Source: a bacterium (GTDB taxonomy: Bacteria > UBA10199 > 2-02-FULL-50-16 > JAJFLM01). Taken from it: a DNA stretch of 64,000 nt. Below the pieces are notes generated by a model. The model was not told where the DNA came from, did not search any database, and was given only the letters and a program-made list of their open reading frames with translations. This document shows, piece by piece, positions 8,917 to 18,662 of the stretch; within the stretch, counting starts at the first letter, position 1, and the number at the start of each line of letters is the position of its first letter. The DNA lies in the NCBI GenBank assembly GCA_965216315.1, contig CBDCFN010000015.1, positions 64,001 to 128,000 on the forward strand, read 5' to 3'. Made by a program: the position numbers and the translations under genes.

Positions 8917-10053
8917 CTAACCCCTGATTCTTTCAGCTAAATCCCGTCCCATATCGTAAAGACGCCCCAGGACATCAGGACGAGACTCCAAGAAACGGTT
9001 GACCGGGATCTTTTCCGTCGGATGAATGACATGAATCTCCTGGTCGGGATAGCGCTCGCGTAAGGCATCGAGATCAAGCGGACGAGGCAATGGAACATTC
9101 TCCTCTAGGCGCGCCAGGTGAGCTAATAGATCGCTGACGCGGAAACGACGTGGAAGAAAACTCAAACGACGCGAGGCTTTGTCAAAGCCTCGTAATAACG
9201 ATCTCAACTGACGTCGAAATAACGTTTGTACCGGCCGATCAAAGACGTAGCCTTTTTTGCTACTCGTCACTACAAAGACGTGATCCGCCCCAAAATCAAG
9301 TGCCAATTGAACCGGAGCATTATTGGTAAAGACTCCATCTATGAGAACATTAGCTCCATCAATGATGGGATTACCATAAAGAAACGGAACGCGTGATGAG
9401 GCAATAACAGCTTGACTCAGTTCCTCCGGCGACCGAACAACGATCCAGTCTTCATCAGAGCGCTGAGAATGTTCTACGATATGAGTAGGGGGAGGCTTGG
9501 ATGTGAAGTAGCGTGTTGAAAAAAGGCGATTGCCATCTGCCAGTAAAGACGCGCCAATTTCGGAGAGTTTAGCCGCATCGGCTGCAGAGGAACCAGCAAG
9601 AAATAAATGGAGGCCCGCCAGAAAAAGACGTAAATGATCGTGCCGAAGCTCGGCAAGGGCTTCATTACGATAGTGGGTCGCGGTCAGCACAAGCGCTGTC
9701 TGACTCTCAAAGGCACGCGCTGAATCAACCAGTCCGCTCTTAAATATCTGCTGCAAGGCTGCGGGGTAAGGGTTGAGATTATGCCGTCGTGGAACCAAGC
9801 GGGTGGCCTGTCCAAATTGAATCCAGCCGGAGCGCGCCATGTCATGATCAAAAGGACCACCCGCGGCCGCGGCGGCCGCAATGAGGCTTCCCGATGAACT
9901 GCCGATCGCAAGTTGAAATGGCTGGGACCCCACCCCGGCAGCTTGAAGACGAGAACCCAGTTCAAAGACAAAACCCGTTTGAAACGCGCCCCACATGGCC
10001 TCTCCAGGCAAGACGAGCGCCACGGATGACATTGAAGTTGCTGCACCAAGCAT
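8917..10053 (-). CDS. Patatin-like phospholipase
   Basis: LVLPGEAMWGAFQ oxyanion region, GSSSG nucleophile, LIDGVF catalytic Asp. Start set at ATG 10053 (alternatives 10080, 10032). Confidence 0.85.
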   Translation of the reverse strand: MLGAATSMSSVALVLPGEAMWGAFQTGFVFELGSRLQAAGVGSQPFQLAIGSSSGSLIAAAAAAGGPFDHDMARSGWIQFGQATRLVPRRHNLNPYPAALQQIFKSGLVDSARAFESQTALVLTATHYRNEALAELRHDHLRLFLAGLHLFLAGSSAADAAKLSEIGASLLADGNRLFSTRYFTSKPPPTHIVEHSQRSDEDWIVVRSPEELSQAVIASSRVPFLYGNPIIDGANVLIDGVFTNNAPVQLALDFGADHVFVVTSSKKGYVFDRPVQTLFRRQLRSLLRGFDKASRRLSFLPRRFRVSDLLAHLARLEENVPLPRPLDLDALRERYPDQEIHVIHPTEKIPVNRFLESRPDVLGRLYDMGRDLAERIRG

Positions 10054-10061
10054 GGGGACGT

Positions 10062-10087
10062 CTTCGGCACCACCAAACATTGGTTGC
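10062..10087 (-). promoter_or_regulatory. Shared motif copy 3: GCAAC-N16-CGAAG, 8 nt before ATG 10053
   Basis: Minus strand reads gcaac caatgtttggtggtgc cgaag acgtcccc ATG. Confidence 0.6.
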
Positions 10088-10098
10088 TCAAAAATTGC

Positions 10099-10398
10099 TT
10101 ATTTTCTACGGGAAAAAATGATGAAAAAACCGAATATTATCAAGATAAGTGGCCAGAATCCGATCGAGTAGGGACCAATCATAAAATTGAACTGAAAGAT
10201 CAAACCAATCCCAATCAGAATAATCGGCGTCCCGTAGGCCCGCCAGGCCTTGCCGCGGCTCATGTTATCGACGATCATCGCCACCCCGATCACAAACATG
10301 ATCCCGGGCCACCAGTAATCGGTGACGGCAAGGACTCCTATCCCGATCAGGATCAGGCCATGAAAGGTCCGTAGATGCCAATTCTCATTGCGGGCCAT
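10099..10398 (-). CDS. Small membrane protein (LiaF/LiaI-like TM repeats)
   Basis: Four hydrophobic segments; GLILIGIG / IILIGIG and WWPG / FWPL repeats. Confidence 0.75.
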   Translation of the reverse strand: MARNENWHLRTFHGLILIGIGVLAVTDYWWPGIMFVIGVAMIVDNMSRGKAWRAYGTPIILIGIGLIFQFNFMIGPYSIGFWPLILIIFGFFIIFSRRK

Positions 10399-10481
10399 GG
10401 GTTTCCTTTAGCTATCTTACGCAACAACATCAATGCGAAAATCAGCCTAGACGCCTCAGCCCAGCGTGCTATAAGGCCTTT

Positions 10482-12026
10482 GTGTCCTACCAAGTACTTG
10501 CCCGTAAATACCGGCCCCAGAGTTTTGAAGAGGCCATCGGCCAAGAGCCGGCCACCCGTACGCTCAAAAATGCGATCGCACAGCAGCGCCTGCACCACGC
10601 CTATCTCTTTACCGGTCCCCGTGGCGTCGGCAAGACCTCCCTAGCCCGCATCTTTGCCAAATGCATTAACTGCGAAAAAGGACCCACGACCGCTCCGTGT
10701 CAGGCGTGCACTCCTTGCGAGGAGATTACGGCAGGATCATCCATGGACGTCCAAGAAATCGATGGAGCCTCCAACACTTCGGTCGATGACATTCGATCCC
10801 TTCGGGAAAATGCCAAGTACACCCCGGGATCGGGCCGCTATAAAATTTATATTATCGACGAAGTCCACATGCTGTCCAAGTCAGCCTTTGCGGCGCTGCT
10901 CAAGACACTAGAAGAACCTCCAGACCACGTTCGATTTATTTTTGCGACGACCGACCCGGAAAAAATCCCGGCGACCATCCTGTCACGCGTGTTACGTTTT
11001 GATTTCCGTCGCCCTTCCACCGAACTATTGCTCACGCACCTTGAGCGCATCGCTGCGGATGAAAAAATCGACGTCCCACGTGAAGCCCTACTCTGGATCG
11101 CACGTCAAGCGGAAGGCAGCGTCCGTGATTCGTTGAGCCTCTTTGACCGTGTAATCTCTTTCGCCGGCGACAAAATCACCGAAGCTGATGTACTCCAGGC
11201 CTTAGGCATCAGCGGTCGTAATGCCGTCCTTCAGCTACTGGACCACGTCATCACCCGCAATACGGAAGGCGCACTCCAATTCGTTAATGATCTCTATAAT
11301 GAAGGCCAAGACATCAAACAATTTGGCCAGGATCTCATGGAAGCGATTCGCGATGTCCTCGTTTTTAAAGTCACCGGCGACAAAGGCTTTAGTGATTGGA
11401 GCCAGGGCGAAAAAGATGCCGTCCAGCAACTCGCAAGCAAGAGTGAAATCGACGAACTGGAATACCTATTTCACCTGTTTCACCGCGCCTATCGCGAAAT
11501 TCTTTATAGCCCCTTACCACGCGTCCTTCTCGAGATTACCGTGATGCGTCTGTGTACGCGCCATGACCGCCAACCCCTTGCCGACGTCATCGCGCGTCTG
11601 GACTCCATAGAGAGTGGTCCAGCATCGCAATCGCAACGCACATCACCGCAGACTTCTACGGCAAAACAAACTCCGCCGAGTAGCGGGAGCAGTAATCCTT
11701 GGGAACAGTTTCTTAACTTTGTTGAACGCAAAAAGCCGGCCCTGGCCGCCGTATTAGCTCAAGCCCGTTGGGATGGCGAAATCGATGGGCGCATTCAATT
11801 AGGATATCCCCCACAGGCGGCCCACCGTACCCTCCTGCAGGATCCAGCCCGGCAACAGATTCTCGCGCAATTAGGGCAAGAGTTTTTTAAAAAAGAGATC
11901 ATTATGACTAACGGCTCCGCGGCACCTGTATCGACCAACCCAGAACAAACCGAAGCGGAGAATTCAATTATCGATGAGGCGATAGCCATTTTTAAACCAA
12001 CACGCACGGAAATGGAAAAGAGGTAA
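10482..12026 (+). CDS. dnaX: DNA polymerase III subunit gamma/tau
   Basis: LARKYRPQSF, GPRGVGKT, Cys cluster, IIDEVHML, LLKTLEEPP. Confidence 0.97.
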   Translation: MSYQVLARKYRPQSFEEAIGQEPATRTLKNAIAQQRLHHAYLFTGPRGVGKTSLARIFAKCINCEKGPTTAPCQACTPCEEITAGSSMDVQEIDGASNTSVDDIRSLRENAKYTPGSGRYKIYIIDEVHMLSKSAFAALLKTLEEPPDHVRFIFATTDPEKIPATILSRVLRFDFRRPSTELLLTHLERIAADEKIDVPREALLWIARQAEGSVRDSLSLFDRVISFAGDKITEADVLQALGISGRNAVLQLLDHVITRNTEGALQFVNDLYNEGQDIKQFGQDLMEAIRDVLVFKVTGDKGFSDWSQGEKDAVQQLASKSEIDELEYLFHLFHRAYREILYSPLPRVLLEITVMRLCTRHDRQPLADVIARLDSIESGPASQSQRTSPQTSTAKQTPPSSGSSNPWEQFLNFVERKKPALAAVLAQARWDGEIDGRIQLGYPPQAAHRTLLQDPARQQILAQLGQEFFKKEIIMTNGSAAPVSTNPEQTEAENSIIDEAIAIFKPTRTEMEKR

Positions 12027-12031
12027 GTGTT

Positions 12032-12361
12032 ATGGGCGATGGTTTTGATTTAATGAAATTAATTAAAGAAGCCGGCAAGATGCAAGAGATGGTCTCGTCT
12101 CAGCAAGAATCGCTTGCCAAGAAATTCTTCGAAGCCGAGACTGGCGGGGGCATGGTGAAGGTTAAGATCAACGGATTGCAAGAGATCCAATCGATTGAAG
12201 TTGAGGAAGAGGCCCTGGCAACACTAGGCCTCAAAGCCGTCATGGACCTGGTCACGGCCGCCGTTAATAGCGCCTTACAAAAGGCCAAAGACGCCGTCAA
12301 AGGCGATATGATGAGCGCCTTCCAAAACATGGCCGGCGGGCTGGTAGGTAAAGATGAATAG
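12032..12361 (+). CDS. ybaB: YbaB/EbfC nucleoid-associated protein
   Basis: GGGMVKVKING motif; lies between dnaX and recR. Confidence 0.92.
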   Translation: MGDGFDLMKLIKEAGKMQEMVSSQQESLAKKFFEAETGGGMVKVKINGLQEIQSIEVEEEALATLGLKAVMDLVTAAVNSALQKAKDAVKGDMMSAFQNMAGGLVGKDE

Positions 12362-12956
12362 CAATTCGTTCGATCAACTCATTGAATCTCTCCGCAAATT
12401 ACCCGGCATCGGGGAAAAAACCGCAGCACGTCTCGCCATGTACATACTCCGCTCTACCGGCAGCTATGCACTCGAGCTTGCTCAGGCCATCCAAGATGCA
12501 AAGACCAAGATAGGCTTCTGCAATCTCTGCCAAGATTTAACCGAGGCCGACCTCTGCCGTATTTGCAGCAGCGATCAACGAGATCAGACTCTTGTGTGTA
12601 TCGTTGAAGACCCATCGAGCATGCACGCCCTAGAACAAACAAATCAATATAACGGGCGCTATCACATTTTGCATGGCAGCCTTTCTCCCATGCAGTCGAT
12701 TGGCCCCGAGAGCCTTCAATTGGATCGACTGAAAGAAAGACTGCGCAATGACTCAACGATAAAAGAGATTATTTTAGCGCTCAATTCAGACCCAGAAGGT
12801 GAAGCCACCGCTCTTTTCATCAAGGAATTTTTGCAGGAACTGCCACTTCGCATCACGCGCATTGCCTCTGGAATTCCAGTTGGCGCTCATGTACAGTACA
12901 CGGACCCCATCACTTTATCGCGGGCCTTATCAAGCCGCTACGAATTGGGAGGCTGA
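12354..12956 (+). CDS. recR: Recombination mediator RecR
   Basis: LPGIGEKTA HhH, C4 zinc finger, TOPRIM EGEATA. Confidence 0.96.
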   Translation: MNSNSFDQLIESLRKLPGIGEKTAARLAMYILRSTGSYALELAQAIQDAKTKIGFCNLCQDLTEADLCRICSSDQRDQTLVCIVEDPSSMHALEQTNQYNGRYHILHGSLSPMQSIGPESLQLDRLKERLRNDSTIKEIILALNSDPEGEATALFIKEFLQELPLRITRIASGIPVGAHVQYTDPITLSRALSSRYELGG

Positions 12957-12957
12957 G

Positions 12958-13548
12958 ATGTCTTTTATCAACCCGGAAAAGAAGAGTGTGACTCTCAAGA
13001 TCATTTATTTCGGACCCGCCTTGGCAGGGAAATCAACCACCCTCCGTCAGCTTCACAAACATTTTAAAAGCAAGAAAGAAGGGAAAATATCCAGCCTCAC
13101 TCGTAATTATGAAGAATCAGCTTTTTTTGATTTTTTACCTTTGTCCGCGGGCTCCTATGAAAATTATGAAATCCGTTTTCACTTGTACGCCATTCCGGGC
13201 CCGATTCTCTATGAAGCCAACCGGCGTTTTCTCATGAAAGGCATTGATGGCATCGTCTTTGTCGCGGATTCGCGGCTCGCACGCCTAGAGGAAAATCTGG
13301 CTTGTCTGCAGGACTTGGAAAATAATCTGCGCAACCAAGAAACTTTTCTCGAAGAGGTTCCCTTGGTCATGCAATATAACAAACGGGATCTCAAAGAAGA
13401 GACGGTTCCTTTGGGCATCCTCAACAATATTCTCAATCCAACCGAACGCCCGGCCTTTCAAACAATTGCCTCACGAGGGGAGAGCGTAGTGGAACCGCTC
13501 AAAATCCTGACCAAACAGGTCCTGCGCGAACTCCACTACCCGGGCTAA
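12958..13548 (+). CDS. mglA: MglA-family small GTPase, catalytically divergent
   Basis: MSFIN start, GPALAGKST, FFDFLPL, RFHLY, GIVFVADS, QYNKRDL. True start is ATG 12958, not 12799. Confidence 0.88.
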   Translation: MSFINPEKKSVTLKIIYFGPALAGKSTTLRQLHKHFKSKKEGKISSLTRNYEESAFFDFLPLSAGSYENYEIRFHLYAIPGPILYEANRRFLMKGIDGIVFVADSRLARLEENLACLQDLENNLRNQETFLEEVPLVMQYNKRDLKEETVPLGILNNILNPTERPAFQTIASRGESVVEPLKILTKQVLRELHYPG

Positions 13549-14199
13549 TTATCCTTTCGGTACTTTTTCCCAATCAGCAAGAAATTTTTCAATTCCGATA
13601 TCCGTTAACGAGTGCTTGAAGAGCTGCATAATGACGTTAAAGGGAATCGTTGCAACATCCGCCCCGATCAGGGCCGCCTGATGAACATGAATGGGATTCC
13701 GTATGCTCGCGACGAGTATCTTGGTTGCAAAACCATAATTGTCATAGATCGTGCGAATGTCATCAATAAGCTGCATACCGTCCTGACCGATATCATCGAG
13801 TCGTCCGACAAAAGGGCTCACGTACGTCGCTCCCGCTTTAGCCGCTAACAGGGCCTGATTCGCAGAAAAAGTCAGCGTCACGTTGGTTGGAATCCCTTCT
13901 TCGCAACAATGATGAACCGCCTTGAGTCCCTCCGGTGTGTTGGGAACCTTGATGACAATTTTGCCCTTATTAATCTCATAATAATGATGGGCTTCTTTCA
14001 TCATCCCTTTGGCGTCTTGACTGACAGCTTCGGCACTAATCGGGCCATCGACAATATTCGATATCTCGTGCAATACCTCATCATAGGGGCGGCCGGTTTT
14101 CGCAGCCAAACTCGGGTTGGTGGTCACCCCGTTAATCACGCCCATTTCCTGGGCCTCACGAATCTCGTCGACCATTGCGGTATCAATAAAAAATTCCAT
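13549..14199 (-). CDS. tal: Transaldolase (short Tal/Fsa type)
   Basis: [30 protein letters not shown]. Confidence 0.93.
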   Translation of the reverse strand: MEFFIDTAMVDEIREAQEMGVINGVTTNPSLAAKTGRPYDEVLHEISNIVDGPISAEAVSQDAKGMMKEAHHYYEINKGKIVIKVPNTPEGLKAVHHCCEEGIPTNVTLTFSANQALLAAKAGATYVSPFVGRLDDIGQDGMQLIDDIRTIYDNYGFATKILVASIRNPIHVHQAALIGADVATIPFNVIMQLFKHSLTDIGIEKFLADWEKVPKG

Positions 14200-14210
14200 T
14201 ATGACTCCTT

Positions 14211-14453
14211 CTATTCAACATGCTGATACTTGTCTCGACACTCCAAACTACAAAAATAGTGCCCCCCATGAGCTATGGCCTTATCGCGAGGCAGGTAGGT
14301 CTTGCAAGTCGGATCCATGACCAATTCGGTCGGGGCCTGGACGGCGCCTTGATTGGAGTTCTGTGGGCCTCTCGTTACGCGGCTGGCCGTACTCCGCTTA
14401 AACAACTGGTAGGCCAAATAGCCCAGAATAATTATGAGAAGGACCCGCAACAT
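14211..14453 (-). CDS. Small membrane-anchored TRASH/YHS-type protein
   Basis: N-terminal TM helix; DPTCKTY...YFCSLEC. Confidence 0.8.
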   Translation of the reverse strand: MLRVLLIIILGYLAYQLFKRSTASRVTRGPQNSNQGAVQAPTELVMDPTCKTYLPRDKAIAHGGHYFCSLECRDKYQHVE

Positions 14454-14950
14454 GCGGCCACCTTACCTGGTTGAGGAAATTCTGCAAGGTTCTCCAAGAG
14501 AGAGTGAACGGACTGGCACGTGACGGGATGCCGCCACTGCGGCTCAAGTTCCGCTAAAGGTCTCAGGACAAATTCGCGCCGCGTGAGCTCCGGGTGAGGC
14601 AGACATAACACACCTGATGGAATCTGTTGCGTCCCATAGCTCAAAATATCAAGATCAATAGAACGCGGCGCCCACTTTTCATGACGGACTCTTCCACACT
14701 GATTTTCAATGATTTGCAAAGCACGCAACAACTCGTAAGCCCCTAGAGTCGTTTCGATCTGGCAGACGGCGTTCAAAAAATCCGGGCCCACCGAACTGTC
14801 GATTGTCATGGCTTCACTCCGATAGATCGAGGAAACCTTGCGTAACTGGATACCTGAAGTATTCGCGAGTTTTTCGAGGGCCACTTCCAAGTAATGGCGG
14901 CGATCACCAATGTTGGAACCAAGTGAGATATAGGCTCGCGTCATTGTCAT
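14432..14950 (-). CDS. folK: 2-amino-4-hydroxy-6-hydroxymethyldihydropteridine diphosphokinase
   Basis: AYISLGSNIG, FLNAV, PRSIDLDIL, PHP, FVLRPL. Confidence 0.95.
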   Translation of the reverse strand: MTMTRAYISLGSNIGDRRHYLEVALEKLANTSGIQLRKVSSIYRSEAMTIDSSVGPDFLNAVCQIETTLGAYELLRALQIIENQCGRVRHEKWAPRSIDLDILSYGTQQIPSGVLCLPHPELTRREFVLRPLAELEPQWRHPVTCQSVHSLLENLAEFPQPGKVAACCGSFS

Positions 14951-16116
14951 TAGATGACTAGTTTGGCAATCCGTTCAGCGGCTTCGCGCAGACGTTCTTC
15001 CGGAGCTGTTAGCGAAAAACGAACATAACCTTCACCCGTCTCACCAAAACCATTACCGGGGGTACATACCACTGCGGCCTCTTCGATCACTCGTGCTGCA
15101 AATTCTTTGGAAGTTGTTCCTTCCGGAATTTCCACCCAAATATAGAAAGCCCCCTCCGAGCAGGCGATCTTCATCCCCGCCTGCTGCAAACTTTCTTCCA
15201 GCATCGAACGCCGGCGTCCATAGAGGGCACGCATCTCAGCAACACATGATTGGTCACCCGTTAAGGCCGTTGCGCCGGCCTCTTGCAAGGCCTCAAAAAT
15301 ACCCGAATCCACATTCGTTTTAATTTTACCTAAACCTGCAACGATCTCCGGATGCCCGGCAGCAAAGCCAATGCGCCACCCCGTCATATTATAGGTCTTT
15401 GATAACGAATGAAACTCGATGCCAACATCCTTGCCACCAGGAAACTGCAGCAGACTTAGCGGCTTCTCATCACCGGGATAAAACTCAGAGTAAGCGACGT
15501 CACTCGCAATAATGACATTATACTTATTAGCAAAGGCGATTAGTTCCTCATACAAAGAGGCCGGTGCCATTTTGGAAGTCGGATTGTTCGGGTAATTGAC
15601 AAACAAAAGCTTCGCTTTAGTGGCCACTTCTTCGGGAATGGCCGCAAGATCGGGCAAGAAATCATTCTCGCGCAATAACGGCACAGGATAAGGCTGTCCT
15701 CCAGCCAACAAGGTGGCGGCAGAATAAACCGGATAACCCGGATCCGTAAATAGACAGACGTCCCCAGGGTCAAGAAAGGCAAAAGGAAGATGGTAAATCG
15801 CCTCCTTGGTACCGATGCAGCTTACAATTTCTTTGGCAGGATCGGCGCTGGCACCAAAACGCGTCTCAAGAAAAGACGCGGCCGCTTCTCGAAAGCTCAT
15901 CATTCCTTCATAGGAAGGGTAGCTATGATACTCGGTTTTTTTTGCCGCTTCCTGGAGGGCCTTAACAATATGTGATGGGGTTGGCTGATCGGGGTCCCCG
16001 ATGCCAAGGCTGATAACATCTTTACCTTTTGCTACCTGTTCGGCCTTGAGGCGATCGAGCTCCGCAAAGAGGTAAGGCGGCAGCTGCCCCAGTTTTTTTG
16101 CAACTTTGATATCCAT
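14950..16116 (-). CDS. dapL: LL-diaminopimelate aminotransferase
   Basis: LPPYLFA, NYPNNPT, SLSKTYNMTGWRIG; lies in dap operon. Confidence 0.9.
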   Translation of the reverse strand: MDIKVAKKLGQLPPYLFAELDRLKAEQVAKGKDVISLGIGDPDQPTPSHIVKALQEAAKKTEYHSYPSYEGMMSFREAAASFLETRFGASADPAKEIVSCIGTKEAIYHLPFAFLDPGDVCLFTDPGYPVYSAATLLAGGQPYPVPLLRENDFLPDLAAIPEEVATKAKLLFVNYPNNPTSKMAPASLYEELIAFANKYNVIIASDVAYSEFYPGDEKPLSLLQFPGGKDVGIEFHSLSKTYNMTGWRIGFAAGHPEIVAGLGKIKTNVDSGIFEALQEAGATALTGDQSCVAEMRALYGRRRSMLEESLQQAGMKIACSEGAFYIWVEIPEGTTSKEFAARVIEEAAVVCTPGNGFGETGEGYVRFSLTAPEERLREAAERIAKLVI

Positions 16117-16137
16117 GAATTTATCCTTTGAAATTGA

Positions 16138-16941
16138 TTATTTAAGCCCCAATACATCCTGCATGTCATAGAGGCCGGGGCTACGGTCAATGAGCCACTT
16201 GGCGGCGCGAATGGCACCTTTGGCGAAGGTGTCCCGTGAACTCGCCCGATGCGTGATTTCCAAGCGCTCACCGATTCCTGCAAACAAAATCGTATGATCT
16301 CCAACGATGTCGCCACCCCTAATTGTTTGCAGACCGATCTCCCTCGTTGTTCTTTCACCAGTCATGCCTTCACGGTGATAAACCGCATCTTTGGCAAGAT
16401 CGCGACCCAAGGCTTCCGCCAAGACTTCAGCAGACCGCATGGCCGTCCCCGAGGGGGCATCCTTTTTAAGTCGATGATGGGCCTCGATAACTTCAACGTC
16501 GTAATCATCTTGCAAGACCTTGGCGGCCTCAGCAATAAGTCGCCACATCAGATTCACGCCGACACTCATATTAGGCGCCATGACAACAGCGATTTTTTCC
16601 GCCAGGCGTTGCACCGAAACTTTTTGGTCATCGGTGAGCCCCGTAGTCCCTATAACCATGGGGGTTCCGTGTTCGGCCGCAATTTCCAAATTGGCAATCG
16701 TTGACTCGGCCGACGAAAAATCAATGAGCACATCGGCCGCTTGAGCGGCCGCATTACGATCGTGAGTGATCGCTAAGGCGGCCCCGGCAATCCCCGCCAA
16801 CTGCCCCGCAGCTACTCCGATGTGCTCCGAATCTTCCGCCTCGATGGCAGCAATCAGCTGAGCCTCGGTATCTTCTTCAATGCAGGCGACCAGTCGACGG
16901 CCCATCCGCCCTCCGGCCCCAATGATGGCGATCTTTTTCAT
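16138..16941 (-). CDS. dapB: 4-hydroxy-tetrahydrodipicolinate reductase
   Basis: GAGGRMG, GTTG, EAHHRLKKDAPSGTA. Confidence 0.97.
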   Translation of the reverse strand: MKKIAIIGAGGRMGRRLVACIEEDTEAQLIAAIEAEDSEHIGVAAGQLAGIAGAALAITHDRNAAAQAADVLIDFSSAESTIANLEIAAEHGTPMVIGTTGLTDDQKVSVQRLAEKIAVVMAPNMSVGVNLMWRLIAEAAKVLQDDYDVEVIEAHHRLKKDAPSGTAMRSAEVLAEALGRDLAKDAVYHREGMTGERTTREIGLQTIRGGDIVGDHTILFAGIGERLEITHRASSRDTFAKGAIRAAKWLIDRSPGLYDMQDVLGLK

Positions 16942-17816
16942 AGCAAACCAAACTCCTTTAAGGTCTTTGTAAGCTGGGCCTTGTGTTCAGTGCTCATGGC
17001 ACACAGTGGCAGGCGAAATTCTTCTGCACACTTTCCTAGCATGGCCAAGGCTGTTTTTACCGGAATCGGATTCGTCTCAATAAAAAGTCGATCATGAAGG
17101 GGCATTAATTCCCGATGCAACGATTTCGCTTCTTCGGCCTTACCTTCAATCATCAAGTCACAAAAGCGCGACATTTGTTGCGGAACAATATTTGCGGTTA
17201 CAGAAATAACACCACGGCCACCAAGTTCCATAATTTCATAGTTTTGTGAATCTTCGCCCGACAAAATAATAAAGTCGGGACCACACAGGTCGCGAACTTG
17301 TCGAATCTGATCCAGATCCCCGCACGCCTCTTTAATGCCGATAACATTTTTGAACGTAGCGATGCGCGCCACGGTCTCAGGCAACATATTCAAGGCCGTC
17401 CGCCCCGGAACATTATAGAGAAAGAGCGGCAACTCACTCGCTTCGGAGATCGCCTTAAAGTGCTGATACAACCCTTCCTGGGTGGGTTTATTATAATAAG
17501 GAGTAATTTGCAGGGACGCCGTCACGCCCATCTTTTCCGCCGCTTGTGTCATGCTAATCGCTTCGCGGGTTGAATTAGATCCGGTTCCAGCAATAACATA
17601 CAATTGATCGCCGGCCTGTTCCTGGACGATACGAATCACCTCGTCGTGCTCGTCATGACTGAGCGTCGCCGACTCTCCGGTTGTTCCGCAGGGAACAATG
17701 CCTTTAGTGCCTGCTTGAACGTGCCAGTCAACCAAAGCGCGTAATGTCTTTTCATCGATAGACCCGTCACGAAATGGCGTAACGAGGGCAACACATGAGC
17801 CTTGAATAGCTGTCAT
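16938..17816 (-). CDS. dapA: 4-hydroxy-tetrahydrodipicolinate synthase
   Basis: GTTGESATL, PYYNKP, YNVPGRT, GIKEA, NPIPVK. Confidence 0.97.
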   Translation of the reverse strand: MTAIQGSCVALVTPFRDGSIDEKTLRALVDWHVQAGTKGIVPCGTTGESATLSHDEHDEVIRIVQEQAGDQLYVIAGTGSNSTREAISMTQAAEKMGVTASLQITPYYNKPTQEGLYQHFKAISEASELPLFLYNVPGRTALNMLPETVARIATFKNVIGIKEACGDLDQIRQVRDLCGPDFIILSGEDSQNYEIMELGGRGVISVTANIVPQQMSRFCDLMIEGKAEEAKSLHRELMPLHDRLFIETNPIPVKTALAMLGKCAEEFRLPLCAMSTEHKAQLTKTLKEFGLL

Positions 17817-17828
17817 TTAACTTCCTTC

Positions 17829-18653
17829 TTATAAATCAATCGTCCCATCAAAGACTTTCTCAGCAGTCCCTGTCATGTAAACGTTATCATCATTGAGATC
17901 CCAATGGATATCAAGTTTGCCTCCGGGGAGTTCAACCTTAATCTTCCTTTCGGTATAGTTATTGAGCACCCCAGCAACAGCGGCCGCACAGGCCCCGCTA
18001 CCGCAGGCTCGTGTTTCACCCGCACCGCGTTCCCACACACGCAATCTAATGACTTTTTTATCCAGCGGCTGGACAAACTCAACATTCGTACGCTTAGGAA
18101 ATATATTATGACTCTCTAACAAAGGACCATACGTCTCAACCGGATAGCTTTCTACATCATTCACAAAAACAACACAGTGCGGATTGCCCACAGAAACGCA
18201 GGTAATTCGAAAGTCCCGCCCTTCCATTCGCAAAGGGCGGTTGATGACACGCCCACTGAGATTGACCGGAATATCCTTCCCCTTTAGAATCGGACTCCCC
18301 ATGTTGACACGAATCGAATTCTTATTCACGAAGCTCGTCATCTGAATCCCTGCCTTGGTCTCAACTGTTAATTCTTTTTTAGCTGAAATCTTTTTGTCGC
18401 GGACAAAACGAGCCAAGGCGCGGAGACCGTTGCCACACATCTCCACCTGTCCGCCATCGGCATTGTATATGACCATTTTATAGTCCGCTTTGCGCGATTT
18501 ACTTAAGACAAGTAGTTGATCCGCCCCAATCCCAAAACGTCGATCGCAAAGCCCGCGAACAACCTTGGGTGTCAAAGTTAATTTAGATTTCAATGCGTCA
18601 AAAAAGATAAAATCATTTCCCAACGCCTGCATCTTGGTGAAATTCTTCTTCAT
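17829..18653 (-). CDS. dapF: Diaminopimelate epimerase
   Basis: GNDF, EMCGNG, GNPH, ERGAGETRACGSG. Confidence 0.97.
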   Translation of the reverse strand: MKKNFTKMQALGNDFIFFDALKSKLTLTPKVVRGLCDRRFGIGADQLLVLSKSRKADYKMVIYNADGGQVEMCGNGLRALARFVRDKKISAKKELTVETKAGIQMTSFVNKNSIRVNMGSPILKGKDIPVNLSGRVINRPLRMEGRDFRITCVSVGNPHCVVFVNDVESYPVETYGPLLESHNIFPKRTNVEFVQPLDKKVIRLRVWERGAGETRACGSGACAAAVAGVLNNYTERKIKVELPGGKLDIHWDLNDDNVYMTGTAEKVFDGTIDL

Positions 18654-18662
18654 GTTAATCTC

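Noticed and set aside
7776..10400. tRNA-anchored genomic island or SRP RNA (ffs) near dnaX
   Set aside because: No integrase or tRNA 3'-end duplication seen, and no SRP-like GGAA tetraloop/AGCAG motif found by eye.
12799..12957. N-terminal extension of MglA in the ORF track
   Set aside because: Overlaps recR; the family N-terminus MSFIN begins at 12958.
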